Shown here in pieces: positions 54,540-64,000 of a DNA stretch of 64,000 bases (its first letter is position 1; each line of letters opens with the position of its first letter). Origin of the DNA: Candidatus Auribacterota bacterium (lineage in GTDB: Bacteria; Auribacterota; Ancaeobacteria; Ancaeobacterales; Ancaeobacteraceae); assembly GCA_022711655.1 (NCBI GenBank), contig JAKLEM010000001.1, positions 33,727 to 97,726 on the forward strand. The letters are read 5' to 3'. Both the position numbers and the translations under genes were made by a program. The notes beneath the pieces were generated by a model that was given only the letters and a program-made list of their open reading frames with translations, made no database searches and was not told where the DNA came from.

Positions 54540-55288
54540 CGACGCATCACGGCCACGGCCATTCAACTGAACTGCTCAGGACGGAGAACCTCGTCAAGTC
54601 GTATAAGGCGCGTAAAGTGGTGAACGGCGTCAGCATTACCGTCAACAAGGGCGAGATCGTCGGGCTTCTCGGCCCGAACGGCGCGGGGAAGACGACGACG
54701 TTCTACATGATCGTCGGGCTGATCAAGCCGAACGACGGCAAGGTCTCGTTCAAGAAGCTCGACGTCACGAGGCTGCCGATGAGCCGCAGGGCGCAGCTCG
54801 GCATCGGCTATCTCTCGCAGGAGCCGTCGATCTTCCGCAAGCTGACTGTCGAGGAGAACATCATGGCGATCCTCGAGACGCTGCATTTGTCGTACGCGGA
54901 ACGCCGCAAGCGGCTCAAGCACCTGCTCGACGAGCTGAAGATCGGCCATCTGGCGAAGAGCATGGCGTACACGCTGTCCGGCGGCGAACGGCGTCGGCTC
55001 GAGATCACGAGGGCGATGGTCACCAACCCGTCGTTCATCCTGCTCGACGAACCGTTCTCCGGCGTCGACCCGATCGCGGTCTTCGACGTGCAGCAGATCA
55101 TCCTCGAGCTGAAGAAGAAGGGACTCGGCATCCTGCTGACCGATCACAGCGTCCGTGAGACGCTGTCGATCACCGACCGCGCCTATATCATGTACAACAG
55201 CAAGATCCTGATATCGGGTACGGCAGACGAGCTGGTCAACAACCCAAAAGCACGGGAGATATATCTCGGCGAACGGTTCACGATGTGA
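54536..55288 (+). CDS. lptB: LPS export ABC transporter ATPase
   Basis: Walker A GPNGAGKTT, signature LSGGERRRLE, Walker B ILLDEP. Confidence 0.9.
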   Translation: MTTHHGHGHSTELLRTENLVKSYKARKVVNGVSITVNKGEIVGLLGPNGAGKTTTFYMIVGLIKPNDGKVSFKKLDVTRLPMSRRAQLGIGYLSQEPSIFRKLTVEENIMAILETLHLSYAERRKRLKHLLDELKIGHLAKSMAYTLSGGERRRLEITRAMVTNPSFILLDEPFSGVDPIAVFDVQQIILELKKKGLGILLTDHSVRETLSITDRAYIMYNSKILISGTADELVNNPKAREIYLGERFTM

Positions 55289-55321
55289 CCGCGCCGGGCT
55301 CTCATAACCCTGGAGGAGACG

Positions 55322-55666
55322 ATGGAGATACATTTTATCAAGCGTTCGGACGACGTGACGGCGGCGATGAAGGAGTACATCGAGGATAAGCTGACGAAGG
55401 TCGAGAAGCTGCCGATCAATATCATCGACGCGCGGATCATCATGGACATCCACAAGTACCGCCATTTCGTCGAAGTGACGCTGGTGGGCAAGCACCTGAC
55501 GATCAACGCCAAGGACGAGGATAACGACATGTACGCCGCGGTGGACAAGGTCATCGACAAGCTCGACCACCAGTTGAAGAAATTCAAGGAGATCAAGCAG
55601 GGGCACAAGTTCCGCGACGGCGGCATCAAAGAGAAAGAAGCGGTTCAGGAGGCGGAGGAGGAATAA
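55322..55666 (+). CDS. hpf: Ribosome hibernation-promoting factor (short HPF/RaiA)
   Basis: Sigma-54-modulation-protein fold (EKLTKVEK..IDARI..); 114 aa. Confidence 0.85.
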   Translation: MEIHFIKRSDDVTAAMKEYIEDKLTKVEKLPINIIDARIIMDIHKYRHFVEVTLVGKHLTINAKDEDNDMYAAVDKVIDKLDHQLKKFKEIKQGHKFRDGGIKEKEAVQEAEEE

Positions 55667-56622
55667 TGCCGGCGCAGGGCATCACCGTCGATCATTTCTA
55701 CAAGACCTTCAAGGACCGGCTCCGTCTCAAGCAGATCGCCGGCCGGGACGGCATGACACGGGTAATAAAGGTGCCCGAGTTCAACCGGCCGGGACTTGCG
55801 CTCGCCGATTATTTCGAGTATTTCGCGTCGAAGCGGATCCAGGTCATCGGCAAGGTAGAGGTAACCTATCTCCGGTCGCTGTCGAGCGAGGGGCGCAAGG
55901 CGAAGCTGGAGAAGCTGTTCAGACAGAATTTTCCGTGCCTGGTTGTTGCGCGCAACTTCGTGCCGCTGCCGGAGCTGCTCGCCATCGCCGACCGGAAGTC
56001 GATCCCCGTGTTCCGTTCGCACCTGATCACGATGCACCTGATCAACAAGGGGACGGCGTTCCTCGAGGACGAGTTCGCCGAGAGCACCACGATGAGCGGC
56101 GACCTGCTGGAGGTGTACGGCGTCGGAGTGCTGCTGCGCGGTAAGAGCGGCGTGGGCAAGAGCGAGTGCGCCCTGGCCCTCATCAAGCGCGGCCACCGGC
56201 TGATCACCGACGACGTCGTCAGGATCAGGGTAGAGGACGGCAAGCAGCTGATCGGGAGCGGTGCCCAGCTGACGCGCCACCATATGGAGATACGGGGGCT
56301 GGGGATCATCAACGTCCAGACGCTTTTTGGCGTCGGCTGCGTGCGCGACCAGAAGCGGATCGACGTGATGATCACCCTCGAGGAGTGGGACAGCGACAAG
56401 GAGTACGAGCGGCTCGGGTTGGTCGACAAGGTGGTCAATATCCTCGGGATACAGATACCGCACGTGGTCATACCGGTGCGCCCCGGACGGGATATCGCGC
56501 TCCTGGTTGAGACCGCGTCGCTGAACCAGCGGCTCAAATGGATGGGATACCACGCCGCGCAGGACCTAAATAAGAAGTTGCTGCAGGAGATCAAGAAGAA
56601 CAATCAGTCAACGCAACAATGA
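55666..56622 (+). CDS. hprK: HPr kinase/phosphorylase
   Basis: Walker A GKSGVGKSE, plus the LITDD and MEIRGLGI motifs. Confidence 0.9.
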   Translation: MPAQGITVDHFYKTFKDRLRLKQIAGRDGMTRVIKVPEFNRPGLALADYFEYFASKRIQVIGKVEVTYLRSLSSEGRKAKLEKLFRQNFPCLVVARNFVPLPELLAIADRKSIPVFRSHLITMHLINKGTAFLEDEFAESTTMSGDLLEVYGVGVLLRGKSGVGKSECALALIKRGHRLITDDVVRIRVEDGKQLIGSGAQLTRHHMEIRGLGIINVQTLFGVGCVRDQKRIDVMITLEEWDSDKEYERLGLVDKVVNILGIQIPHVVIPVRPGRDIALLVETASLNQRLKWMGYHAAQDLNKKLLQEIKKNNQSTQQ

Positions 56623-56644
56623 CACCCATGTTGGAACGCATACT

Positions 56645-56932
56645 ATGAGAAGCACGAAAGCGCCCCGTATCGAAAAAGAAGTGACCATCGTCAACGAGCT
56701 CGGCATACATGCGCGGCCGGCCGCCATGCTGGTGAAGCTCGCCAACAAGTTCATGTCCGAGATCATGGTCGAGAAGGGTTCGGAGCAGGTCAACGGCAAA
56801 AGCATCATGGGGATCATGATGCTCGCGGCGGGCAAAGGCTCCCGCATCAAGATCTCGGCCGTCGGCGAGGACGCTCCGGCCGCCGTCCGCGATATCGAAG
56901 AGCTGATACAGAACAAGTTCGGGGAAGAGTAG
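56645..56932 (+). CDS. ptsH: Phosphocarrier protein HPr
   Basis: His15 region GIHARPAA and Ser46 region GKSIMGIM. Confidence 0.85.
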   Translation: MRSTKAPRIEKEVTIVNELGIHARPAAMLVKLANKFMSEIMVEKGSEQVNGKSIMGIMMLAAGKGSRIKISAVGEDAPAAVRDIEELIQNKFGEE

Positions 56933-56934
56933 CC

Positions 56935-58689
56935 ATGAGCGAGAAAGAATACTCGGGTATAGCGGCGTCGCCTGGCGTTGCCATTGGTAAGGTTTTCCTG
57001 CTCGACAGCGAAGAGGATGTCATCCTCAAGCGAAGGATCCTCTCCCGCGATATCCCGCACGAGATCACCCGTTTCGAGGCCGCGCTGATCGCGGCCCGCC
57101 GCGAGATACTCGACATCCAGAAGAAGATCGCGAAGGTGATGGGCGGCGAGCACGCCGAGATCTTCAACGCGCACCTGCTGGTACTCGAGGACCGCGCGCT
57201 TATAGAGGAAGTGATCAAGAAGCTCGAGAAGCAGAAGCTGAACGTCGAATATATCTTCATCCAGGTCTCCAAGAAGTACTCGAGGATCTTCGCGCGGATG
57301 GAGGATGATTATCTCAAGGAGCGAGCCAGCGACATTCGCGACGTCTCGCGGCGCGTGCTGCACAAGCTTATCGGCAAGAAGAAGCAGGACCTTGCCAACC
57401 TGGCCGACGAGGTGATCATCGCCGCGTATGACCTGTCGCCGTCAGATACTGCGCTCATGCACAAGGAGCGGGTGATCGGCTTCATTACCGATATCGGAGG
57501 CAAGACGTCGCATACCGCGATCATGGCGCGCTCGCTCGGGATTCCTGCCGTCGTCGGCCTCCACGACGTAAGCAGTAAGATCAGGCCGGATGTGACGCTG
57601 ATCGTCGACGGCAACCGCGGCGTTGTGATCCTCAACCCGTCCAAGACGACCCTCAAGCGCTACGCCGATGAGCAGACCAAGTTCGAGATATTCGAAGAGA
57701 AGCTCGCCGGCCTCAAGAACCTTCCCGCGGAGACCAAGGACGGGTGCCGCGTTTCCCTGGCGGCGAACATCGAGCTGCCCGAGGACGTGCCGAGCGTGAT
57801 CGCGCACGGTGCCGACGGTATCGGGCTCTACCGGACCGAGTTCCTGTACATGAACCGGACCGACCTGCCGACGGAAGAAGAGCAGCTGAAGTCGTACCGG
57901 CACGTCGTGGAAAAGATCGCTCCGCAGTCGGTCATTATCAGGACGCTGGACCTCGGCGGCGACAAGTTCCTGAGCCACCTGCAGTTCCCCCGCGAGATGA
58001 ACCCCTTTCTCGGATGGCGCGCCATCAGGTTCTGTCTCGAGCGCCTGGACGTCTTCAAGGTGCAGCTTCGCGCGATCCTCAGGGCGAGCGCCCACGGCAA
58101 TGTGAAGATGATGTACCCGATGATCTCTGGCGTGCAGGAGATCCGGAAGGCGAATGCGGTCGTGGAAGAGGTGAAAAAGGAGCTTCGCGCAGAGAAGAAG
58201 AAGTTCGATGATAACATGGAGATCGGCGCGATGATCGAGATCCCGTCGGCGGCGACCACGGCGGACATCCTTGCAAAAGAGGCCGATTTCTTCAGCATCG
58301 GCACGAACGACCTGATCCAGTATTCGCTGGCCATCGACCGCGTCAACGAAAAGGTCGCCTATCTCTATGAGCCGATGCACCCGGCGATAATCCGCCTGGT
58401 CAAGTTCGTCATTGACGCCGCCCACAAGGAAGGGCTTTGGGTCGGGATGTGCGGAGAGATGGCGGGCGACCCGGTGAGCGCGCTCATCCTGATCGGCCTC
58501 GGGTTGAACGAGCTCTCGACGAGCTCGGTGATGGTGCCCGAGATCAAGAAGGTCATACGGTCGGTTACTTTGAAAGAGGCCCAGGATCTTGTCGTCAGGG
58601 TCAGTCAGCTGACAACGGCTGACGAGATCAGGCACGAAACGATGAAGCTCCTGAAGAAGGCGGCCCCCGAACTGGCGGCGCTCGAATAG
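56935..58689 (+). CDS. ptsI: PTS enzyme I (phosphoenolpyruvate-protein phosphotransferase)
   Basis: Active-site His region GGKTSHTAIMARSLG; PEP-utilising domain. Confidence 0.9.
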   Translation: MSEKEYSGIAASPGVAIGKVFLLDSEEDVILKRRILSRDIPHEITRFEAALIAARREILDIQKKIAKVMGGEHAEIFNAHLLVLEDRALIEEVIKKLEKQKLNVEYIFIQVSKKYSRIFARMEDDYLKERASDIRDVSRRVLHKLIGKKKQDLANLADEVIIAAYDLSPSDTALMHKERVIGFITDIGGKTSHTAIMARSLGIPAVVGLHDVSSKIRPDVTLIVDGNRGVVILNPSKTTLKRYADEQTKFEIFEEKLAGLKNLPAETKDGCRVSLAANIELPEDVPSVIAHGADGIGLYRTEFLYMNRTDLPTEEEQLKSYRHVVEKIAPQSVIIRTLDLGGDKFLSHLQFPREMNPFLGWRAIRFCLERLDVFKVQLRAILRASAHGNVKMMYPMISGVQEIRKANAVVEEVKKELRAEKKKFDDNMEIGAMIEIPSAATTADILAKEADFFSIGTNDLIQYSLAIDRVNEKVAYLYEPMHPAIIRLVKFVIDAAHKEGLWVGMCGEMAGDPVSALILIGLGLNELSTSSVMVPEIKKVIRSVTLKEAQDLVVRVSQLTTADEIRHETMKLLKKAAPELAALE

Positions 58690-58711
58690 GAACGACCCCG
58701 GGAGAGATGCG

Positions 58712-59506
58712 ATGAAGGCGCTGATCCTTGCCGCAGGTTTCGCAACGCGGCTTTACCCTCTTACCGAGAAGACGGCGAAGCCGCTTCTGCCGGTGGCGGG
58801 AAAACCGATGATAGAGTATATAACCGACAGCCTTCGCGGCCTCTCGGGGCTCGACACGGTCTATGTCGTCACCAACCGGAAGTTCCACGACGATTTCTGC
58901 GCCTGGCGGAAGGGGTATCGCCACGACGCCGCTATCGAGATCATCAACGACGGGTCAACGTCGGACCAGAATAAGCTCGGCGCTATCGGCGACATAGACT
59001 TCGCCGTCCGCGAGAAGGGCATAACCGACGATCTCTTGGTGATCGCCGGCGATAACCTCTTCGATCTGCAGATACCTGAGTTTGTCCGTTTTGCCGAGGG
59101 GCGGGGAGCGACGATCGCGGCATACGACATCGGCAGCGTAGCTGACGCGCGTCGTTTCGGAGTGGTGTCGGTCGACCGAAATAATTTTGTTGAAGGTTTT
59201 GAGGAAAAGCCGTACAATCCTCGCTCTTCTTTGGTCGCGATGTGCCTGTATTACTTCCCGAAGGGCAAGCTGCCTTTGATCGGGAAATACCTCTCCGGGG
59301 GGAACAGCCCGGACGCCCCGGGGAACTATATCGCCTGGTTGAGCCGGGCGGAAAAAGTGGCGTGCTACGTCTTTACGGGCAGCTGGTTCGATATCGGCTC
59401 GTTCGAGAGCCTGGATACGGCAAACAGGTATTGGGAAGGGCGAAAAGAGAAGGGTTGGAATATAGGTCGGAAAACGGAACAGGAAAGCACAAGGAGGAGT
59501 GAATGA
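58712..59506 (+). CDS. Sugar-phosphate nucleotidyltransferase (NTP_transferase family; HddC/RmlA-like)
   Basis: [18 protein letters not shown] is the canonical G-x-G-T-R-L nucleotidyltransferase N-terminus; 264 aa. Confidence 0.65.
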   Translation: MKALILAAGFATRLYPLTEKTAKPLLPVAGKPMIEYITDSLRGLSGLDTVYVVTNRKFHDDFCAWRKGYRHDAAIEIINDGSTSDQNKLGAIGDIDFAVREKGITDDLLVIAGDNLFDLQIPEFVRFAEGRGATIAAYDIGSVADARRFGVVSVDRNNFVEGFEEKPYNPRSSLVAMCLYYFPKGKLPLIGKYLSGGNSPDAPGNYIAWLSRAEKVACYVFTGSWFDIGSFESLDTANRYWEGRKEKGWNIGRKTEQESTRRSE

Positions 59507-60687
59507 GTAAAAGGAAGTTGTTCACGTCAGAAGCGGTCTCGATGGGGCATCCCGACAAGATCGCCGACCAGATATCGGACGCGGTTGTCGATGCGATCTT
59601 CGCGCAGGACCCGATGGCGCGCGTCGCGTGCGAAACGCTGGTCTGTACCGGGATGATCGTCGTCGCCGGCGAGATCACCACGAAGGCCACGGTCAACTAC
59701 GTCGATATCGTCCGCCAGACGGTCAAAGAGATCGGCTATAACGACTCGTCGATGGGCTTCGATTACGAGACCTGCGGCGTCATGGTGGGAATAAACAGCC
59801 AGAGTCCCGACATCTCGCAGGGTGTCACGGAGGGCGCCGGCCTGCACAAAGAGCAGGGCGCGGGCGACCAGGGGATGATGTTCGGATACGCCTGCAACGA
59901 AACGCCCGAACTGATGCCGCTGCCCCTCATGCTGTCCCGGCATCTCGTCGACTATCTCGCTGAGCTGCGCCAGAAGGGCACGCTGCCGTATCTCAGGCCG
60001 GATTCCAAGTCGCAGGTCACGGTGGAGTACGAGGACGGAAAACCGGTGAGGGTGAACACCGTCGTTATCTCGACGCAGCATTCTCCCGACGTCGAATATG
60101 AGACGATCAAGAAGGATGTCATTGAGAAGGTCATCAAGAAGATCATCCCCGCGAAATACCTCGACGACAAGACCATCTATTATGTCAACCCTACCGGGCG
60201 GTTCGTCGTCGGCGGCCCGAAGGGCGACACGGGGCTTACCGGGAGAAAGATCATCGTCGATACCTACGGCGGCATGGGCCGTCACGGCGGCGGGTGTTTC
60301 TCGGGCAAGGATCCAACGAAGGTCGACCGGAGCGCGGCATACGCGGCCCGGTATGTGGCGAAGAACATCGTGGCTGCCGGCCTCGCGGAGCGCTGCGAGG
60401 TGCAGCTGTCGTACGCGATCGGCGTCGCTAAGCCGACCTCGATCGATGTCGATACGTTCGGCACGGCGAAGATCCCCGAACATAAGATCGTCGAGCTGGT
60501 TACCAAGCACTTCGATATGACCCCGAAGGGGATCATCACGGGGCTGAACCTGCGCCGGCCGATCTACAAGGATACCGCGCGTCACGGTCACTTCGGCAGG
60601 ACCGAGGAACGGTTCACGTGGGAGCGGACCGACAAGGCGGATGTGCTTCGCAAAGAGGCGGGGCTGGAGAAGGTTGCTACGAAATAA
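59503..60687 (+). CDS. metK: S-adenosylmethionine synthetase
   Basis: [25 protein letters not shown] and [16 protein letters not shown] motifs. Confidence 0.95.
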   Translation: MSKRKLFTSEAVSMGHPDKIADQISDAVVDAIFAQDPMARVACETLVCTGMIVVAGEITTKATVNYVDIVRQTVKEIGYNDSSMGFDYETCGVMVGINSQSPDISQGVTEGAGLHKEQGAGDQGMMFGYACNETPELMPLPLMLSRHLVDYLAELRQKGTLPYLRPDSKSQVTVEYEDGKPVRVNTVVISTQHSPDVEYETIKKDVIEKVIKKIIPAKYLDDKTIYYVNPTGRFVVGGPKGDTGLTGRKIIVDTYGGMGRHGGGCFSGKDPTKVDRSAAYAARYVAKNIVAAGLAERCEVQLSYAIGVAKPTSIDVDTFGTAKIPEHKIVELVTKHFDMTPKGIITGLNLRRPIYKDTARHGHFGRTEERFTWERTDKADVLRKEAGLEKVATK

Positions 60688-60740
60688 TAACGCGCATCTG
60701 CGCCGGCCCGATTTGCGGCCGGCGCAGACCGCTTCTGTGA

Positions 60741-62078
<1,338 letters not shown>

Positions 62079-62099
62079 GCGCCGCGCAGTACAGGAAAA

Positions 62100-62138
62100 G
62101 AAAAAAGGCCGAAGGGTTTTCCCTTCGGCCTTTTTTAA
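62100..62138. terminator. Bidirectional rho-independent terminator between the convergent ahcY and ArnT-like genes
   Basis: A6-GGCCGAAGGG-TTTT-CCCTTCGGCC-T6. Confidence 0.7.
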
Positions 62139-62161
62139 TGTAATACCTCTCGCACGCCTTA

Positions 62162-63865
62162 TTAATCCATCTTATTCGTGATGACCAGCCCCTTCGGCGT
62201 CTCCGCAAGGACGGTCATCGGCGGGAGCTCCCCGGATATCTCAGAGAAGCCGTTCTTCTTTATCAGCATGTAGACCGGATCATCGCGCCGCGCGAGCTCC
62301 TTGAATTCGTCCAGAGAGATGAAATACGGCTTATTCCCCGCGGGGTCTGCGTCCCGGCCGAACGTCAGCTCGCCAGCATTGTCGCCGACCACCGTGATGC
62401 GCTGCTTCAGGTAGAAGGCGCAATCGCTCCAGCGTTCGTAGCCGCCGTATGCGCAGACGACGCTCTTGGCTGGCGATGAATTGCGGATCGCCATGGCAAG
62501 GTCCCTGGCGCTTTGCGACGTATTCATCCGCTCCATGGCAAGGATGATCACCGCATAGCCGAACATGAAGAGCATGACGAAGGCGATGAACGGGGCGGCG
62601 CGCAGCCGCCTGGAAGGAGCGTTGCCGGTTTTTTTCCAGATACGGAGGATCACGGCGATGGCGGCCGCCAGGAGAGTGAACAGCGTTATCAGCGCGATCG
62701 CGTGCGGGAAGACAAGCGGCGCGTCGGCGTCGGTCTTCAGGCTGGTGACGAATTCCCAGAGGATGTAGGGGATCAGGCACGCGATGACCGCCGTGAAGAG
62801 CAACAGGCTCTTGCGTATATAGCGCATACCCGACAGTTGCGAATAGAAATCGGAGAGGTAGACGCCGGCGATCATGGCGAGCGGCGGCGTCATCGGGAGG
62901 ATGTACGGCGGCAGTTTAGACTTCGAAAGCGAGAAAAAGACGATCACGACCGCCCACCAGCAGTGAAGGAAGGCGAGTGTCTTCCGCCGCCGCGGGTCGG
63001 AGTCGCTCCACGCCTGTTTCACGAACGCCGGGATCAGCAGTGTCCACGGCAGGAAGAAGACGGCGCCGACGATCAGGAAATAGTAGAAGGGCTCCTCGCG
63101 CTGCGCGATCGGCGTCAGGTACCGCATGAAATGCTCCCGGATAAAGAAGAAGTCGAAGAACGACGGGTGTTTCAGCGTAACGGCGACGAACCACGGGGCG
63201 GTGACGAGCAGGAAAAGCGCCGCGCCCGACGGTATGCGCATGCGGCGGAGCGAGAGGCGCTCGCGCGCGACGGCGGCCCAGCAGAGGATTATCAGGCCCG
63301 GCAGGACGACCCCGATCAGCCCTTTTGTCAGGACGGCCAGCCCCATGAAGACGTAGAAGCCCCTCATGCTCGCCGGGCGGTCATTCATCCAGCCGTCCAA
63401 AAAGCAGAAGAGAGATACGGCGAAGAAGAACGTGAAGGGACCGTCGATGACGAGGAACCTCGAGACGAGGAAAAAACCGATCGTCATCAGAAGCACCATT
63501 GCGCCGATAAACCCCGGACGCTCGCCGAAAAGGCGCCTGCCGAACACGAACGTTGCGACCAGCGTCAGGAGGCCGAGCGCGGACAGCGGGAACCGGGCGG
63601 CCCCCTCATTGACGCCGAAAAGCCGGTAGCTCCCCGCGGTGAGCCAGTACGAGAGCGCCGGCTTCTCGAAATAGAGGACATAGTTCAGCCGGGGGGTGAC
63701 GTAGTCGCGCATCTCTACCATCTCCCGGGGGATCTCCGCGTAGCGCCCTTCGTCTTTGGAGTAGAGTGCCCGGTCGCCGATCCTGAAGAAGAGCAGGAAC
63801 CCGCCCGCGAGGATGATCAGCAGCAGGTAGCGTTGCGATGAGAAAAAGGCATTGAGTGAACCCAT
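62162..63865 (-). CDS. GT39/GT83 glycosyltransferase (ArnT-like, second copy)
   Basis: Polytopic with a DE-containing first periplasmic loop (YSKDEGRYAEIPREM), as in ArnT/PMT; 567 aa. Confidence 0.7.
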   Translation of the reverse strand: MGSLNAFFSSQRYLLLIILAGGFLLFFRIGDRALYSKDEGRYAEIPREMVEMRDYVTPRLNYVLYFEKPALSYWLTAGSYRLFGVNEGAARFPLSALGLLTLVATFVFGRRLFGERPGFIGAMVLLMTIGFFLVSRFLVIDGPFTFFFAVSLFCFLDGWMNDRPASMRGFYVFMGLAVLTKGLIGVVLPGLIILCWAAVARERLSLRRMRIPSGAALFLLVTAPWFVAVTLKHPSFFDFFFIREHFMRYLTPIAQREEPFYYFLIVGAVFFLPWTLLIPAFVKQAWSDSDPRRRKTLAFLHCWWAVVIVFFSLSKSKLPPYILPMTPPLAMIAGVYLSDFYSQLSGMRYIRKSLLLFTAVIACLIPYILWEFVTSLKTDADAPLVFPHAIALITLFTLLAAAIAVILRIWKKTGNAPSRRLRAAPFIAFVMLFMFGYAVIILAMERMNTSQSARDLAMAIRNSSPAKSVVCAYGGYERWSDCAFYLKQRITVVGDNAGELTFGRDADPAGNKPYFISLDEFKELARRDDPVYMLIKKNGFSEISGELPPMTVLAETPKGLVITNKMD

Positions 63866-64000
63866 GCTGTATCTTTCTTTGTGACAGATGCGGCCCTGTC
63901 ACCCGCTGTAGAGACCGAGTCTCAATTATTGACTTTTGCCAGGAACGTCGCCCCGAGCGCGGTGAAAAAAAGGTTCGGCAGCCACGCGGCGAGCAGCGCG

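Overview
This is a 64 kb chromosomal window from a high-GC, LPS-containing (diderm) bacterium that I cannot assign to a taxon from sequence alone. Coding density is high on both strands, and no transposase, integrase or CRISPR array is visible. From 5' to 3' the content is as follows. A UbiA-family prenyltransferase (decaprenyl-phosphate phosphoribosyltransferase-like). A secreted TPR/LysM protein. An endonuclease III-like glycosylase, a nitroreductase and a PHP-domain lipoprotein. An orphan hypC-hypD-hypE [NiFe]-hydrogenase maturation operon on the minus strand, preceded by a good sigma-54-type -24/-12 element. A tandem array of four paralogous small secreted Cys/His-rich proteins built from 11-residue Gly-rich repeats. 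A strong sigma-70 promoter followed by a ~190 nt structured RNA that resembles 6S RNA, then folE. A minus-strand operon encoding GNAT - lysine 2,3-aminomutase - ATP-grasp ligase - CorA, plus an upstream Ddl-like ATP-grasp gene. A CheY-like response regulator, eno-ftsB, two ABC permeases and a DUF-like anchored protein. A ~1130 aa TPR protein and an alkaline phosphatase. A candidate c-di-AMP (ydaO-type) riboswitch with terminator ahead of kdpF-kdpA-kdpB-kdpC and a kinase-less KdpD. tRNA-Thr(CGU) and rpoN. A polysaccharide locus made of GT-C-type membrane enzymes (a Wzx-like flippase, a GT39 ArnT-like enzyme and a priming phosphotransferase). A core LPS block: heptose kinase, gmhB, kdsB, pyrG, kdsA, kdsD, kdsC, an LpxL-like gene and lptCAB, followed by hpf-hprK-ptsH-ptsI. 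Finally a sugar nucleotidyltransferase, metK, ahcY and a second ArnT-like GT39 on the minus strand. The two items I consider most likely to be undescribed are the 11-mer-repeat secreted-protein array and the beta-lysine (KamA/GNAT/ATP-grasp/CorA) operon. The ORF track allows TTG/GTG starts; I re-derived starts where the protein family made the true N-terminus clear.
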